A DNA stretch of 64,000 nt from an uncultured Armatimonadetes bacterium. Its GTDB lineage: Bacteria > Armatimonadota > Hebobacteria > Hebobacterales > Hebobacteraceae. Below, in pieces: positions 19,773-29,925 of the stretch. The stretch spans positions 2,304,001 to 2,368,000 of the forward strand of contig OY970296.1 of assembly GCA_963716175.1 (NCBI GenBank), read 5' to 3'. Made by a program: the position numbers and the translations under genes. Each line of letters begins with the position of its first letter. Position 1 is the stretch's first letter. The notes beneath the pieces were generated by a model. That model did not search any database, was not told the DNA's origin, and saw only the letters and a list, made by a program, of their open reading frames with translations.

Positions 19773-20494
19773 AGCGGCCTTCTCTCCCCATCCAGCGAGA
19801 TGAACTTCACGCCAAGCTGTGGGCACAGGTCCCGCAGGAGGCACACAGTGCAACGAGGCCAGCGGGCGATGCACACCTCCCGCCCGTGCCGAATCAGGCC
19901 CAGGTGAAGATCGAGCATCTGGTCTGGTTCCAGCATCTCCGCGTAGACATCGTGAGCCCGATCCATGGTGGTGTTGGCAGGGATGAGCCCGAGCCGCTTC
20001 GACACTCGCAGCACGTGCGTGTCCACGGGGAAGACGGGTCGGTGCAGAGAGAACAACAGCACTACCGCGGCCGTCTTTCGGCCCACCCCGGGCAGACCGA
20101 GCAGATAATCGTGCACCTCGGGAGTGGGAAGTCGCCGCAGAAACCCTAGATCGAGACGGCCCCGATCCTGCTCGATGCGGCGCAGGATCTGCTTGATACG
20201 GCGGGACTTGATCTCGGCCAGACCGCCGGAACGAATGGCGGCAGCGATCTCCTGCGGCCGCGCTGCCAGCACCTCCTCCCAACTGGGAAACCGCGCCTGC
20301 AACTGCGCAAAGGCGCGGCCGGAGTTGGCGTCGGTGGTGTTCTGCGATAGCACGGTCAGCATCAGGCTGTCGAGTGGAGCCAGCGCGCGGGCATGGGTCG
20401 GCCGCTTCCTAGTGCGCCCCAGCCGCTTCAGGATGAGTGGAATGCGCGCCTTCGGCGGTCTCGCCGACAAGCTAGAGGATGATGTCCTGGTCAC
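19769..20494 (-). CDS. nth: Endonuclease III family DNA glycosylase
   Basis: LSQNTTD, HhH LPGVGRKTA, PVDTHV, C-terminal 4Fe-4S Cys motif. Confidence 0.88.
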   Translation of the reverse strand: MTRTSSSSLSARPPKARIPLILKRLGRTRKRPTHARALAPLDSLMLTVLSQNTTDANSGRAFAQLQARFPSWEEVLAARPQEIAAAIRSGGLAEIKSRRIKQILRRIEQDRGRLDLGFLRRLPTPEVHDYLLGLPGVGRKTAAVVLLFSLHRPVFPVDTHVLRVSKRLGLIPANTTMDRAHDVYAEMLEPDQMLDLHLGLIRHGREVCIARWPRCTVCLLRDLCPQLGVKFISLDGERRPL

Positions 20495-21743
20495 GCTCGC
20501 GGCCCACGAGGATGTAGCAGACCGGCACGCCGACCAGCTCCTCCACCCGCCTCACGTAGCGCTGCGCGTTGGCGGGGAGGTCGGAGAACCGCCGCGCCTC
20601 ACTGATGTCCCTCTGCCAGCCAGGCAGAGTCTCGTACACGGGCTGACAGCGCGCCAGGCGATCGGTGTCGTTCGGGAATTCGGGCACGGGCTGGCCGTCG
20701 CAGCTGTAGCTGACGCACACCGGAATCTCGCTGAACTGCCCCAGCACGTCGAGGTGGGTCATGGCCAGCGCGTCCAGGCCGTTGAGGCGAGCCGCCTTGC
20801 GCAGCACCACGCAGTCCAGCCAACCGATGTCGCGCTTCCGTCCGGTAGTGGTGCCATACTCGCCGCCCAGATCCCGCATCGCCTGGGCAACCGAGTCTTC
20901 CTGCTTGGTCGGCAGGGGCCCGGCGCCCACACGAGTAGTGTAGGCCTTGCTCACCCCCACGATCCGGTCCAGCCACTTGGGTCCGATGCCGGCGCCCGCG
21001 CACACCGCGCCGGAAAGCGGATTCGAGCTAGTGACATAGGGGTAGGTGCCCCAGTCAATATCGAGCATGGTGCCATGCGCGCCCTCGAAGAGCACGCTCT
21101 GGCCCCGGGCCAGCGCCTCGTTCACCAAGGCCGAGGTGTCGCAGATCGCCTCCCGATAGTGGTCGTGCATCACTCGCAGGTCATTGTAGATCCGGTCCGC
21201 ATCAACCGGAGGCGAACCATACACCCGCTGCAGGATCAGGTTCTTGTACTCCACGATCGCGCCGAGCTTCTCGGCCAGCCCGTCGGGGTCGCAGAGATCG
21301 CCCACCCGCAGGCCGCGGCGCGCCACCTTGTCCTCATAAGCGGGCCCGATTCCCCGCCCGGTGGTGCCGATGGCGCGCGCCCCACGGCGCCTCTCCTCTG
21401 CCTGCTCCAGCAGCTTGTGATAGGGAAGAATCAGGTGGGCGTTCTCGCTGATGCGGAGCTTCCCTTGCACCGGCACACCCCGCGAGGCCAGCTCCTCCTC
21501 CTCCTCCGACAGCACGGTCAGGTCAATCACCATGCCCGCGCTCAGCACCGACAGCTTGCCCCGGAGGATGCCCGTAGGGATGAGGTGGAAAGCGAACCGC
21601 TGATCGCCCACCCAAACCGTGTGGCCGGCGTTGTTCCCGCCCTGATAGCGGACTACCACATCGGCTTCCGCAGCCAGCAGGTCAACCACGCGGCCTTTGC
21701 CCTCGTCTCCCCACTGGCTGCCAACGACGACAGTTGCTGGCAC
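20472..21743 (-). CDS. purA: Adenylosuccinate synthetase
   Basis: GSQWGDEGKG, QGGNNAGHT, GTTGRGIGPAY, EYGTTTGR; GGAGG RBS before GTG 21743. Confidence 0.97.
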   Translation of the reverse strand: MPATVVVGSQWGDEGKGRVVDLLAAEADVVVRYQGGNNAGHTVWVGDQRFAFHLIPTGILRGKLSVLSAGMVIDLTVLSEEEEELASRGVPVQGKLRISENAHLILPYHKLLEQAEERRRGARAIGTTGRGIGPAYEDKVARRGLRVGDLCDPDGLAEKLGAIVEYKNLILQRVYGSPPVDADRIYNDLRVMHDHYREAICDTSALVNEALARGQSVLFEGAHGTMLDIDWGTYPYVTSSNPLSGAVCAGAGIGPKWLDRIVGVSKAYTTRVGAGPLPTKQEDSVAQAMRDLGGEYGTTTGRKRDIGWLDCVVLRKAARLNGLDALAMTHLDVLGQFSEIPVCVSYSCDGQPVPEFPNDTDRLARCQPVYETLPGWQRDISEARRFSDLPANAQRYVRRVEELVGVPVCYILVGRERDQDIIL

Positions 21744-21822
21744 GCTGCTCCTCCCCCTGCTGGACGTCTCAGCCGCCCGATGATGGCCAGGCCTGAGTCG
21801 CAGACCAGCGCCTAGCCGGGGG

Positions 21823-21858
21823 AAACAAGAAGGCCCAAATGGGGGGTCCATTTGAGCC
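21823..21858 (-). terminator. Intrinsic terminator inside the purA 5' leader
   Basis: GGCTCAAATGG-ACCCC-CCATTTGGGCC followed by TTCTTGTTT. Confidence 0.7.
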
Positions 21859-21903
21859 AGCCGGTACTGCCCAGATACTCGCCTTCCGGGTGTTCCTCGC
21901 ACC

Positions 21904-21932
21904 ACTATAGCCGAACCGGCCGGCCTTGTCAA
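21904..21932 (-). promoter_or_regulatory. sigma70-type promoter for purA operon
   Basis: TTGACA-17 bp-TATAGT. Confidence 0.8.
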
Positions 21933-21952
21933 TGCGCGGGAGGGTGGCTCGC

Positions 21953-22327
21953 TTACTCTCCTTGGTCGGTGAGCTCAGGCCGCCTTCTCTGCTCCCCTGG
22001 GTCTTCCTCAGGTGTGGCCGCTTTCTCCAGCCCGCCCAGGTCGAAAGCCCCGCTCATCACTTTCGCTCGCTGTCCCTCCACCCAGATCGCCGCGGCCAGC
22101 GCCTCCGCGCTGCTCGGCGGCAGTACGAAGAACACCAGATCGCTCTCCCGCGCGTCGTCGTCCACCAGGAAGAAGCGCACGCCGACAAACACCGGCCCCC
22201 CGGCGCTCACCGAGAGCGTCGCCTTCGCCATGTTCACGGCTCCGGTCTGCTTGCCGCCCGGCTCTGTCAGCACTCGCACCACGCGGAACCTGTGCTCGCC
22301 GACCTCTCTGCTCTTCCCGTCGCTCAT
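21953..22327 (-). CDS. Hypothetical protein
   Basis: 124-aa ORF filling an intergenic gap, purine-rich upstream; no motif recognised. Confidence 0.6.
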   Translation of the reverse strand: MSDGKSREVGEHRFRVVRVLTEPGGKQTGAVNMAKATLSVSAGGPVFVGVRFFLVDDDARESDLVFFVLPPSSAEALAAAIWVEGQRAKVMSGAFDLGGLEKAATPEEDPGEQRRRPELTDQGE

Positions 22328-22508
22328 CTTCTCACCCTCGTTTCACCTTAGTTTGCGCTCGGCGACATTCCTCCTGCCGCATCGCGGCCACCGCTGGCAG
22401 CCGTCCGGCCCGCGGTGCGCTGTCTTCGCGCCGCAACTGAACACAGGGAAGGCCCAGTGCCTTGTTCGCCGCCCAGGCGCTGGCTAGAATCGCCTGGGGT
22501 AGAAGGAG

Positions 22509-23048
22509 GTGACGTTGATGGAACTGGACAGCAAGCGCATCGCGGTCCTGGCCGAGGACCTGTATGAGGACCTGGAGCTCTGGTATCCAGTGATCCGCAT
22601 GCGGGAGGCCGGCGCTAGGGTGACCCTGGTCGGAACAGGAACCTCGAGCACCTATCGGGGCAAGCACGGCCTGCCGGTGACAGTGGACACATCCGCGGAC
22701 AAGGTGTCGGCCGCGGATTTCGACGCGCTGATCGTGCCCGGAGGCTACGGGCCGGACCGCCTGAGGCGTCACCAGTCGGTGCTCAGGCTGGTGCGTGAGG
22801 TGTTCGAGCAGGGCAAGCCGGTTGCGGCCATCTGCCACGCGGGCTGGGTGCTGATCTCGGCCGGCATCCTCAAAGGCAAGCGGGTGACCTCCTTCTCCTC
22901 GATCAAAGACGACATGGTCAACGCAGGTGGCAAGTGGGAGGACCGGGAGGTGGTGGTAGATGGCAATCTGATCACCTCGCGACAGCCAGACGATCTGCCC
23001 GCCTTCTGCCGGGCGATCATCGAGGCGCTGCGGAAAGAGAGGAAGTGA
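22509..23048 (+). CDS. PfpI/DJ-1 family intracellular protease/glyoxalase
   Basis: YEDLELWYP, PGGYGPD, AICHAGW, TSRQPDDLPAF. Confidence 0.92.
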   Translation: MTLMELDSKRIAVLAEDLYEDLELWYPVIRMREAGARVTLVGTGTSSTYRGKHGLPVTVDTSADKVSAADFDALIVPGGYGPDRLRRHQSVLRLVREVFEQGKPVAAICHAGWVLISAGILKGKRVTSFSSIKDDMVNAGGKWEDREVVVDGNLITSRQPDDLPAFCRAIIEALRKERK

Positions 23049-23611
23049 TGGGCAAGAGCAAGGCTCCGTTCAAGATCCTGGGCATCGCGGGCAGCGTGCG
23101 GCGGGCCTCCTATAACCGCGGCCTGCTGCGGGAGGCGGTGAAGCTGGCCCCGGAGGGAGTGGAGATCGAGACCTTCGAGATCGGCGAGTTCCCCCCGTTC
23201 AACCAGGACTTGGAGGCGAAGCCGCCAGAGGTGGTAGCACGCCTGAAAGCGGCCATCCGCGCCGCCGACGCGCTGTTGATCTGCACCCCGGAGTACAACT
23301 ACTCCGTGCCCGGCCTGCTGAAGAACGCGATTGACTGGGCTTCTCGCCCTTACGGCGACAGCGCGCTCACCCACAAGGCGGTGGGCCTGATGGGCGCCAC
23401 CATCGGCATCTCCGGGACCGCGCGGGCGCAAGCCGCGCTGCGCCAATCTTGCGTGTTCAACGACGCCTACTGCATGGCCCAGCCGGAAGTGCTGGTCACC
23501 AACTGCACCGACAAGTTCGACGAGAACGGCAACCTCACCGACGAAGACACCCGGGAGCACGTGCGCAACGGGCTGGTGGCGCTGGTGGCATGGGCGAAGC
23601 AGGTCCTGTAG
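23048..23611 (+). CDS. NADPH-dependent FMN reductase
   Basis: GSVRRASYN, TPEYNYSVPGLLKNAIDWASRP. Confidence 0.92.
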   Translation: MGKSKAPFKILGIAGSVRRASYNRGLLREAVKLAPEGVEIETFEIGEFPPFNQDLEAKPPEVVARLKAAIRAADALLICTPEYNYSVPGLLKNAIDWASRPYGDSALTHKAVGLMGATIGISGTARAQAALRQSCVFNDAYCMAQPEVLVTNCTDKFDENGNLTDEDTREHVRNGLVALVAWAKQVL

Positions 23612-23661
23612 GGCGGGCATGTCGGAGTTTACCCTGAGCGGAGTCGAAGGGCATGCCCGCC
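23608..23661 (+). repeat. GTAG-type REP-like palindrome with inner CCCTGAGCGGAGTCGAAGGG
   Basis: GTAGGGCGGGCATG...CATGCCCGCC; its TAG is the FMN reductase stop. Confidence 0.65.
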
Positions 23662-23714
23662 GGCCGTTTCCGCGCCTTGGGCAGGGGATTCCAGCGGGAT
23701 TCCAAGGCGGGGGC

Positions 23715-23790
23715 TGGTGGAGGCTAGCGGATTCGAACCGCTGATCTCCTGCGTGCAAGGCAGGCGCTCTCCCAGCTGAGCTAAGCCCCC
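23715..23790 (-). tRNA. tRNA-Ala(TGC)
   Basis: Cloverleaf GGGGGCT...AGCCTCCACCA, G3:U70, anticodon arm CCTGC-CTTGCAC-GCAGG. Confidence 0.97.
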
Positions 23791-23887
23791 AGGCCAGACG
23801 CTCTGTGCCGACGATATTCTAGCCGAAATCATGTCGGCCGGGAAGAGAAGCCGGCCAAGAGCGCCCAGCAGACTTCCGAATCGCCGA

Positions 23888-24120
23888 CTACTCCTCGAAG
23901 ACCGCCCGCGGAAGTCCGGATTGTCGGATGATGGCCAGCAGTGTCCCGGTCTTCAGTTCATCATGCAGCGATCATGCAGCGGAACCGGAACGGTTACCGT
24001 CGAGCCAGGGATGAGTTTCTGCATGACAGCATGACTTCCGCGCTGGCGCACGAGTCTGAACCCGCTGTCGGTAAGGATTCGGCACACCTCCTTCCCGGAC
24101 AAGACTCGAAGCCTACCCAA
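23888..24120 (-). pseudogene. hicA: HicA family toxin, frameshifted by 11-bp tandem duplication
   Basis: Removing one ATCATGCAGCG (23960-23981) gives MGRLRVLSGKEVCRIL..GFRLVRQRGSHAVMQK..TVPVPLHDELKTGTLLAIIRQSGL. Confidence 0.88.
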
Positions 24121-24337
24121 CAGCTATCTCCAGGCTGGTTATGTAGATCTCGCTCGGCAGGCGCCTGTGCACCTCATCGGGAGAAGCCGTCTCGAAGAAA
24201 AGCTCCAGCGCCTCCTGGAGATTTGCCTTTGCCTCTTCGATGCTTCCGCCCTGACTGGCGATATCGAGTTCCGGGCAGAGGGCGACATGGCCGCTGCCCT
24301 CTCGCTCGATGATCGCGGTGAGATGGTGTGTACTCAT
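24113..24337 (-). CDS. hicB: Short HicB family antitoxin
   Basis: TAIIEREGSGHVALCPELDIASQGGSIEEAKANLQEALELF; overlaps hicA start. Confidence 0.9.
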   Translation of the reverse strand: MSTHHLTAIIEREGSGHVALCPELDIASQGGSIEEAKANLQEALELFFETASPDEVHRRLPSEIYITSLEIAVG

Positions 24338-24396
24338 GGGGATTATCCCGTACTGCAACTCCGCCGCTAGTATACCACGGATCGGGCGATGCGGTT

Positions 24397-24439
24397 CGCG
24401 GGCAGGAAACACGCTGCTGCCCAAGTGAGCTAAGCCCCC
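24397..24439 (-). pseudogene. Degenerate 5' half of tRNA-Ala
   Basis: GGGGGCTTAGCTCA identical to the start of tRNA-Ala(TGC), then decayed D arm. Confidence 0.65.
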
Positions 24440-24498
24440 ATACCAGAGAGGGGAAAGGAGAGGCCACCTCCATTTTCTGCTCTCTACTCTCTGAGCAG

Positions 24499-24572
24499 TG
24501 GGCCTCGCTGGACTCGAACCAGCCGCCTCCGCCTTATCAGGGCGGCGCTCTAGCCAACTGAGCTAGAGGCCC
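24499..24572 (-). tRNA. tRNA-Ile(GAT), CCA not encoded
   Basis: GGGCCTC...GAGGCCCA, anticodon arm CCGCC-CTGATAA-GGCGG, GTTCGA T loop. Confidence 0.96.
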
Positions 24573-24749
24573 ACGCGCGGCTCGCCCAAAAAGGATACGA
24601 GAGGGGTTGTGGGAACCCCTCTCGCGATCTGGTGAGCGCTCCTTGGGAAACTCAACAGTGCTCGGAGGTTGTATCGACCTAGAGTCGGGGTCGTCGTTGG
24701 ATGGCCCATCTGCAAGCAGCTGGATCCTTTGGCGACCCGTTGGGGGACT

Positions 24750-26288
<1,539 letters not shown>

Positions 26289-26384
26289 AAAGTCTGTCTC
26301 TACAGCGACCGCATGCGCTGAGCCAACTCCCGACAAGTCGAGATGCTCTGCGCCAACTACGGTCGCAGAATCAACGTAGCGCGC

Positions 26385-26419
26385 ACAACCATCCGAGCAC
26401 TGTTCAGTTTTCAAGGAGC
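26385..26419 (-). promoter_or_regulatory. boxA-like leader / 16S processing stem (pairs with ~24638-24672)
   Basis: Leader GCTCCTTGAAAACTGAACAGTGCTCGGATGGTTGT is complementary to trailer ACAACCTCCGAGCACTGTTGAGTTTCCCAAGGAGC. Confidence 0.8.
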
Positions 26420-26516
26420 GCGGGAAGGAGCTTCAGAGACACCAAGGGCGCGAGAGGCTCGACCTTTGCCCCTCGACACTTACCCAACTTTGAAGGTTCC
26501 CCTGAATCCGTGCCTA

Positions 26517-26545
26517 ATTCTGCCACAATCCAGGGGCGCTGTCAA
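26517..26545 (-). promoter_or_regulatory. rRNA promoter
   Basis: TTGACA-17 bp-CAGAAT; a second TATAAT lies at 26630-26635. Confidence 0.7.
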
Positions 26546-26664
26546 GCGTCCAGCCAGCCTTTTTCGGCTGCTTCCCGCCAGCCCTTGCACGGCTGGCACC
26601 ACTGCTCGTTTCCCGATCTTTCCACTGCTATTATACCCGGTCCGCCGCCCCTTCCATGAAACCC

Positions 26665-27894
26665 TCATCGCGCCACCAACCGCGCCACCCGCCGCTTCCC
26701 CACCCGGAGCAGCATCCCCGGCTTCAGCACGATCTCTTCCTGTGGATCCTCTATGCGCCGCTGGTCCAGGTAGACGCCTCCACCTTTGACCAGACGCGCT
26801 CCCTCGCTCCTTGTCCTCGCCAGACCCAGTGCGTGGAGAGCCGTGGAGACCCAGACCGGCTTGTCCCGCAGCTTGGCCGGGATGGAGATATCGTCGGCCA
26901 GCGCCGCGTAATCCTCTTCGGTGTGCTCACGCGCGGTGGAGAACACCCGCATGAAAGTATCGTCGGCGCGGTCCGCCGCCTCCACGCTGTGATAGAGCGA
27001 GACGATCTCCCGCGCCAGGCGCCGCTTGACATCCCTGGGGTTGGCGGCGCCGGAGCGCATGTCGTGTATCAGGTGCGCGATGTCCTCCTCCGGCACATCG
27101 GTGCAGAGCGCGAAGTAATCGCCCATCACCTGGTCCGGGATGGACATGATCTTGCCGAACATCTGGTCCGGGGGCTCGGAGACGCCGATGTAGTTGCCGA
27201 TGGACTTGCCCATCCTCCGCTCCCCATCCGTGCCCACCAGGATGGGGAAGGTGATGATGACCTGCGGCTCCTGCGATCCCCCGATAGGATTGGCGCGCTG
27301 CAGCTCCCGCCCCACCAGCAGGTTGAACTTCTGCTCGGTGCCGCCCAGTTCGGTGTCGGAGCGGACCGCGACCGAGTCATATCCCTGGAAGATCGGATAC
27401 AGCAACTCGTGGATGCTGATCGGCTGCTCTGCCTTGAACCGCTGGGCGAAATCCTCCCGCGCCAGCATCTGCGCCACCGTATGGGTGGAGGCCAGCCGCA
27501 GGATCTGCTCAGGCGTCAGCTTGCCGCACCATTCGCTGTTGTAGCGAAACTCGGTCTGCTCAGGAATCAGGATCTTGAACACCTGCTCCTGGTAGGTCTC
27601 GATGTTGCGGTCAATCTGCTCCCGGGTGAGCTGGGGCCGGCCTTCGGTGCGGCCCGAGGGGTCGCCGATCATGCCCGTGAAGTCGCCGACGATCAGCACC
27701 GCGGTATGACCCAGGTCCTGGAAAAGCCGGAGCTTTCGCAGCACCACGGCATGGCCGAGGTGGATGTCCGGCCCGGTCGGATCAACCCCCAGCTTCACCC
27801 GCAGCGGCCGGCCGGAGGCCAGCTTGGCGCGCAGCTCCTCCTCGGGGAGGAGGTCCACGGTGTGGGCGCGGATCAGGGCCAGCTGCTCATCCAC
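26665..27894 (-). CDS. tyrS: Tyrosine--tRNA ligase
   Basis: KLGVDPTGPDIHLGH, GDPSGR, QGYDS, RMGKS, C-terminal S4 domain; start approximate. Confidence 0.96.
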   Translation of the reverse strand: MDEQLALIRAHTVDLLPEEELRAKLASGRPLRVKLGVDPTGPDIHLGHAVVLRKLRLFQDLGHTAVLIVGDFTGMIGDPSGRTEGRPQLTREQIDRNIETYQEQVFKILIPEQTEFRYNSEWCGKLTPEQILRLASTHTVAQMLAREDFAQRFKAEQPISIHELLYPIFQGYDSVAVRSDTELGGTEQKFNLLVGRELQRANPIGGSQEPQVIITFPILVGTDGERRMGKSIGNYIGVSEPPDQMFGKIMSIPDQVMGDYFALCTDVPEEDIAHLIHDMRSGAANPRDVKRRLAREIVSLYHSVEAADRADDTFMRVFSTAREHTEEDYAALADDISIPAKLRDKPVWVSTALHALGLARTRSEGARLVKGGGVYLDQRRIEDPQEEIVLKPGMLLRVGKRRVARLVAR

Positions 27895-27902
27895 CGAGCG
27901 CG

Positions 27903-28802
27903 CTAGTCTTTCAGGTACCACGGCTTCCCCTTGGTCGCGGGCGCGGGCAAGACGCCCCCCAGGCGGCCCTGCCGATAGGACTGGACCATCTGTGGCACCG
28001 ACTGCCACTCCACGTGCCCATCGGCGAAGGCGATGTTGCTTCCGCCGTTATGGCGGGTGAAGCGCGCCCGCAGCACCGGGTTACTCGGGAAATCGCCGGC
28101 CGCTCCGCACTTGCGCGTCCACGAGCAATTCTGCCAGTCCGCCTTGTCCTTGAGGTCGGCGCAGTCGCCCCGGCAGGCATTGGCCCAGAGCAGCGATCCC
28201 AGGTTGATGCACATGCGGGAGGAATCGGCCCACAGCACGTGATACCTCGGATCCTTGATGGCCGCGAGGCTGGTGTCGGCGAGGGCGACAGCAACCGCGC
28301 CCACCGTGGCCCGAAACCGCCCTGGATCGGAGCAGGGGCCTTGCACGGAGCTATCGGTTATGGTGCCGCCCCACCCTGGCGGCCAGACCGAACCACAAGG
28401 CCCGTTGGGCCATCCCTTGGTGGTGACCAGCTTGGTGGTGATCCACCCGGGCCTGGTAGCCACCCCGTGCCCCATGGGCGGCGCCTCCACTCCCTCACAG
28501 AGGTAGACGGAGCGGTCGTGCAGATAGGGGTCGAGCAGCACCGGCCAGCGCAGCCACGGGTTGGAGTTGTCGGCTCCCCATTGGCAGGTGTAAGGGCTCT
28601 GCACCTTCTGATGGGGTGGAAAGCGGCCATCGTGTTCGGCCACGTACATCAGCGTCGCCTGCGCCAGCCGCGCCAGATTCCCAAAGCAGAGCTGCTGCGC
28701 CGGGAGCTTGGCGCTCCTGGCTATGCCCAGGCCCAACAGCGACGCCAGCGAGAGCCCCACCGCCAGCAGCGCTGCGCCCGACCATGCGTGGCGCCCGGCC
28801 AT
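27903..28802 (-). CDS. DUF1559-like / H-X9-DG motif protein
   Basis: CFGNLARLAQATLMY..DGRFP and RHNGGSNIAFADGHV; AAGGAGG RBS. Confidence 0.8.
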   Translation of the reverse strand: MAGRHAWSGAALLAVGLSLASLLGLGIARSAKLPAQQLCFGNLARLAQATLMYVAEHDGRFPPHQKVQSPYTCQWGADNSNPWLRWPVLLDPYLHDRSVYLCEGVEAPPMGHGVATRPGWITTKLVTTKGWPNGPCGSVWPPGWGGTITDSSVQGPCSDPGRFRATVGAVAVALADTSLAAIKDPRYHVLWADSSRMCINLGSLLWANACRGDCADLKDKADWQNCSWTRKCGAAGDFPSNPVLRARFTRHNGGSNIAFADGHVEWQSVPQMVQSYRQGRLGGVLPAPATKGKPWYLKD

Positions 28803-29072
28803 GATCTCCTCCTTCCGAGGCGGCCCCGCTCGCTTTCCCCCGCACGCGCCCCATCGCGGCCGCTGCCTGGGCCAGGAGGATACGGCGCCCGCGGCCGGAT
28901 CACCTGTTCCCGGTAGCCCTCCCGCTCGCCACATGGTCGCCGGCGGCGGCCTGTCCGAGTAAGCGCACACGATCCGGCCGGAGGTCGGTTTCAGCAGGAG
29001 GAGGCAAGCCGTCCTGGTGCAAGATTGGGTAGCACGGATGGCCGTGATCTTCGAGGGCAAGGAGCCAGGCCG

Positions 29073-29780
29073 ATGACAATGGATCGCCGAGGGTTCCTCC
29101 AGCTGGCCGGTGCCAGCGCCATTGCCGCCTCCCTGGGGCGCATGGGCCTCTCGGCGCCGGAGAAAGGAGAGAGTGAGAAGATGGCACATGAGCTTCCGCC
29201 GCTGCCGTACGCGTATGACGCGCTCGAGCCTTACTACGACGCGGAGACGGTGCGCCTGCACCATGACATCCACCATGCCGGCTACGTGAAGAACTGGAAC
29301 GCGGCCGAGGAGCAGGTGGCGAAGATGGCGGCCGCCGGCGACTTCGCCGGGGCGAAGACGGCCTGCAAGATGCTGGCCTTCAACGCCTCCGGCGCGGTCC
29401 TGCACGGCCTGTTCTGGACCAACATGAAGCCGGGGGGAGGGGGGGTGCCGGGCGGCGAGCTGATGCAGGCGATCAACGCCAAGTACGGCAGCTTCGACGC
29501 CTTCAAGGGCCTCTTCCTCGCCGCCGCCGACTCCGCCGAAGGCTCTGGCTGGGCCATTCTCGCCTATGACAAGCCGAGCAAAGCCCTGGTGGTGCTGCAG
29601 GCGGAGAAGCACGAGAACTTCACCCAGTGGGGGGTGACCCCCCTCCTGGCGCTGGATGTGTGGGAGCACGCCTACTACCTCAAGTACCAGAACCGGCGGC
29701 CGGAGTGGACGAAAGCCTTCATGGAGCACCTCGTCAACTGGGACGACGTGGCGAAGCGGCTGGCCGAGGCGAAGGCCTGA
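29073..29780 (+). CDS. Fe/Mn superoxide dismutase with twin-arginine signal
   Basis: DRRGFLQ Tat motif; LPPLPYAYDALEP, HHDIHHAGY, DVWEHAYY. Confidence 0.93.
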   Translation: MTMDRRGFLQLAGASAIAASLGRMGLSAPEKGESEKMAHELPPLPYAYDALEPYYDAETVRLHHDIHHAGYVKNWNAAEEQVAKMAAAGDFAGAKTACKMLAFNASGAVLHGLFWTNMKPGGGGVPGGELMQAINAKYGSFDAFKGLFLAAADSAEGSGWAILAYDKPSKALVVLQAEKHENFTQWGVTPLLALDVWEHAYYLKYQNRRPEWTKAFMEHLVNWDDVAKRLAEAKA

Positions 29781-29925
29781 GCTGGCCTGGAGCTTGGAGC
29801 GCGGGAGGGCGCAGAGCTGCGCCCTCCCGCCGCGCTTGTCTCGGGCCGACCTCGCCAGGCGATCCAGCAACACAGGTGAGCGCCGCTCCCGCGGGGAAAG
29901 ATAGGGCTGAGACGAGGCAGGCCGA

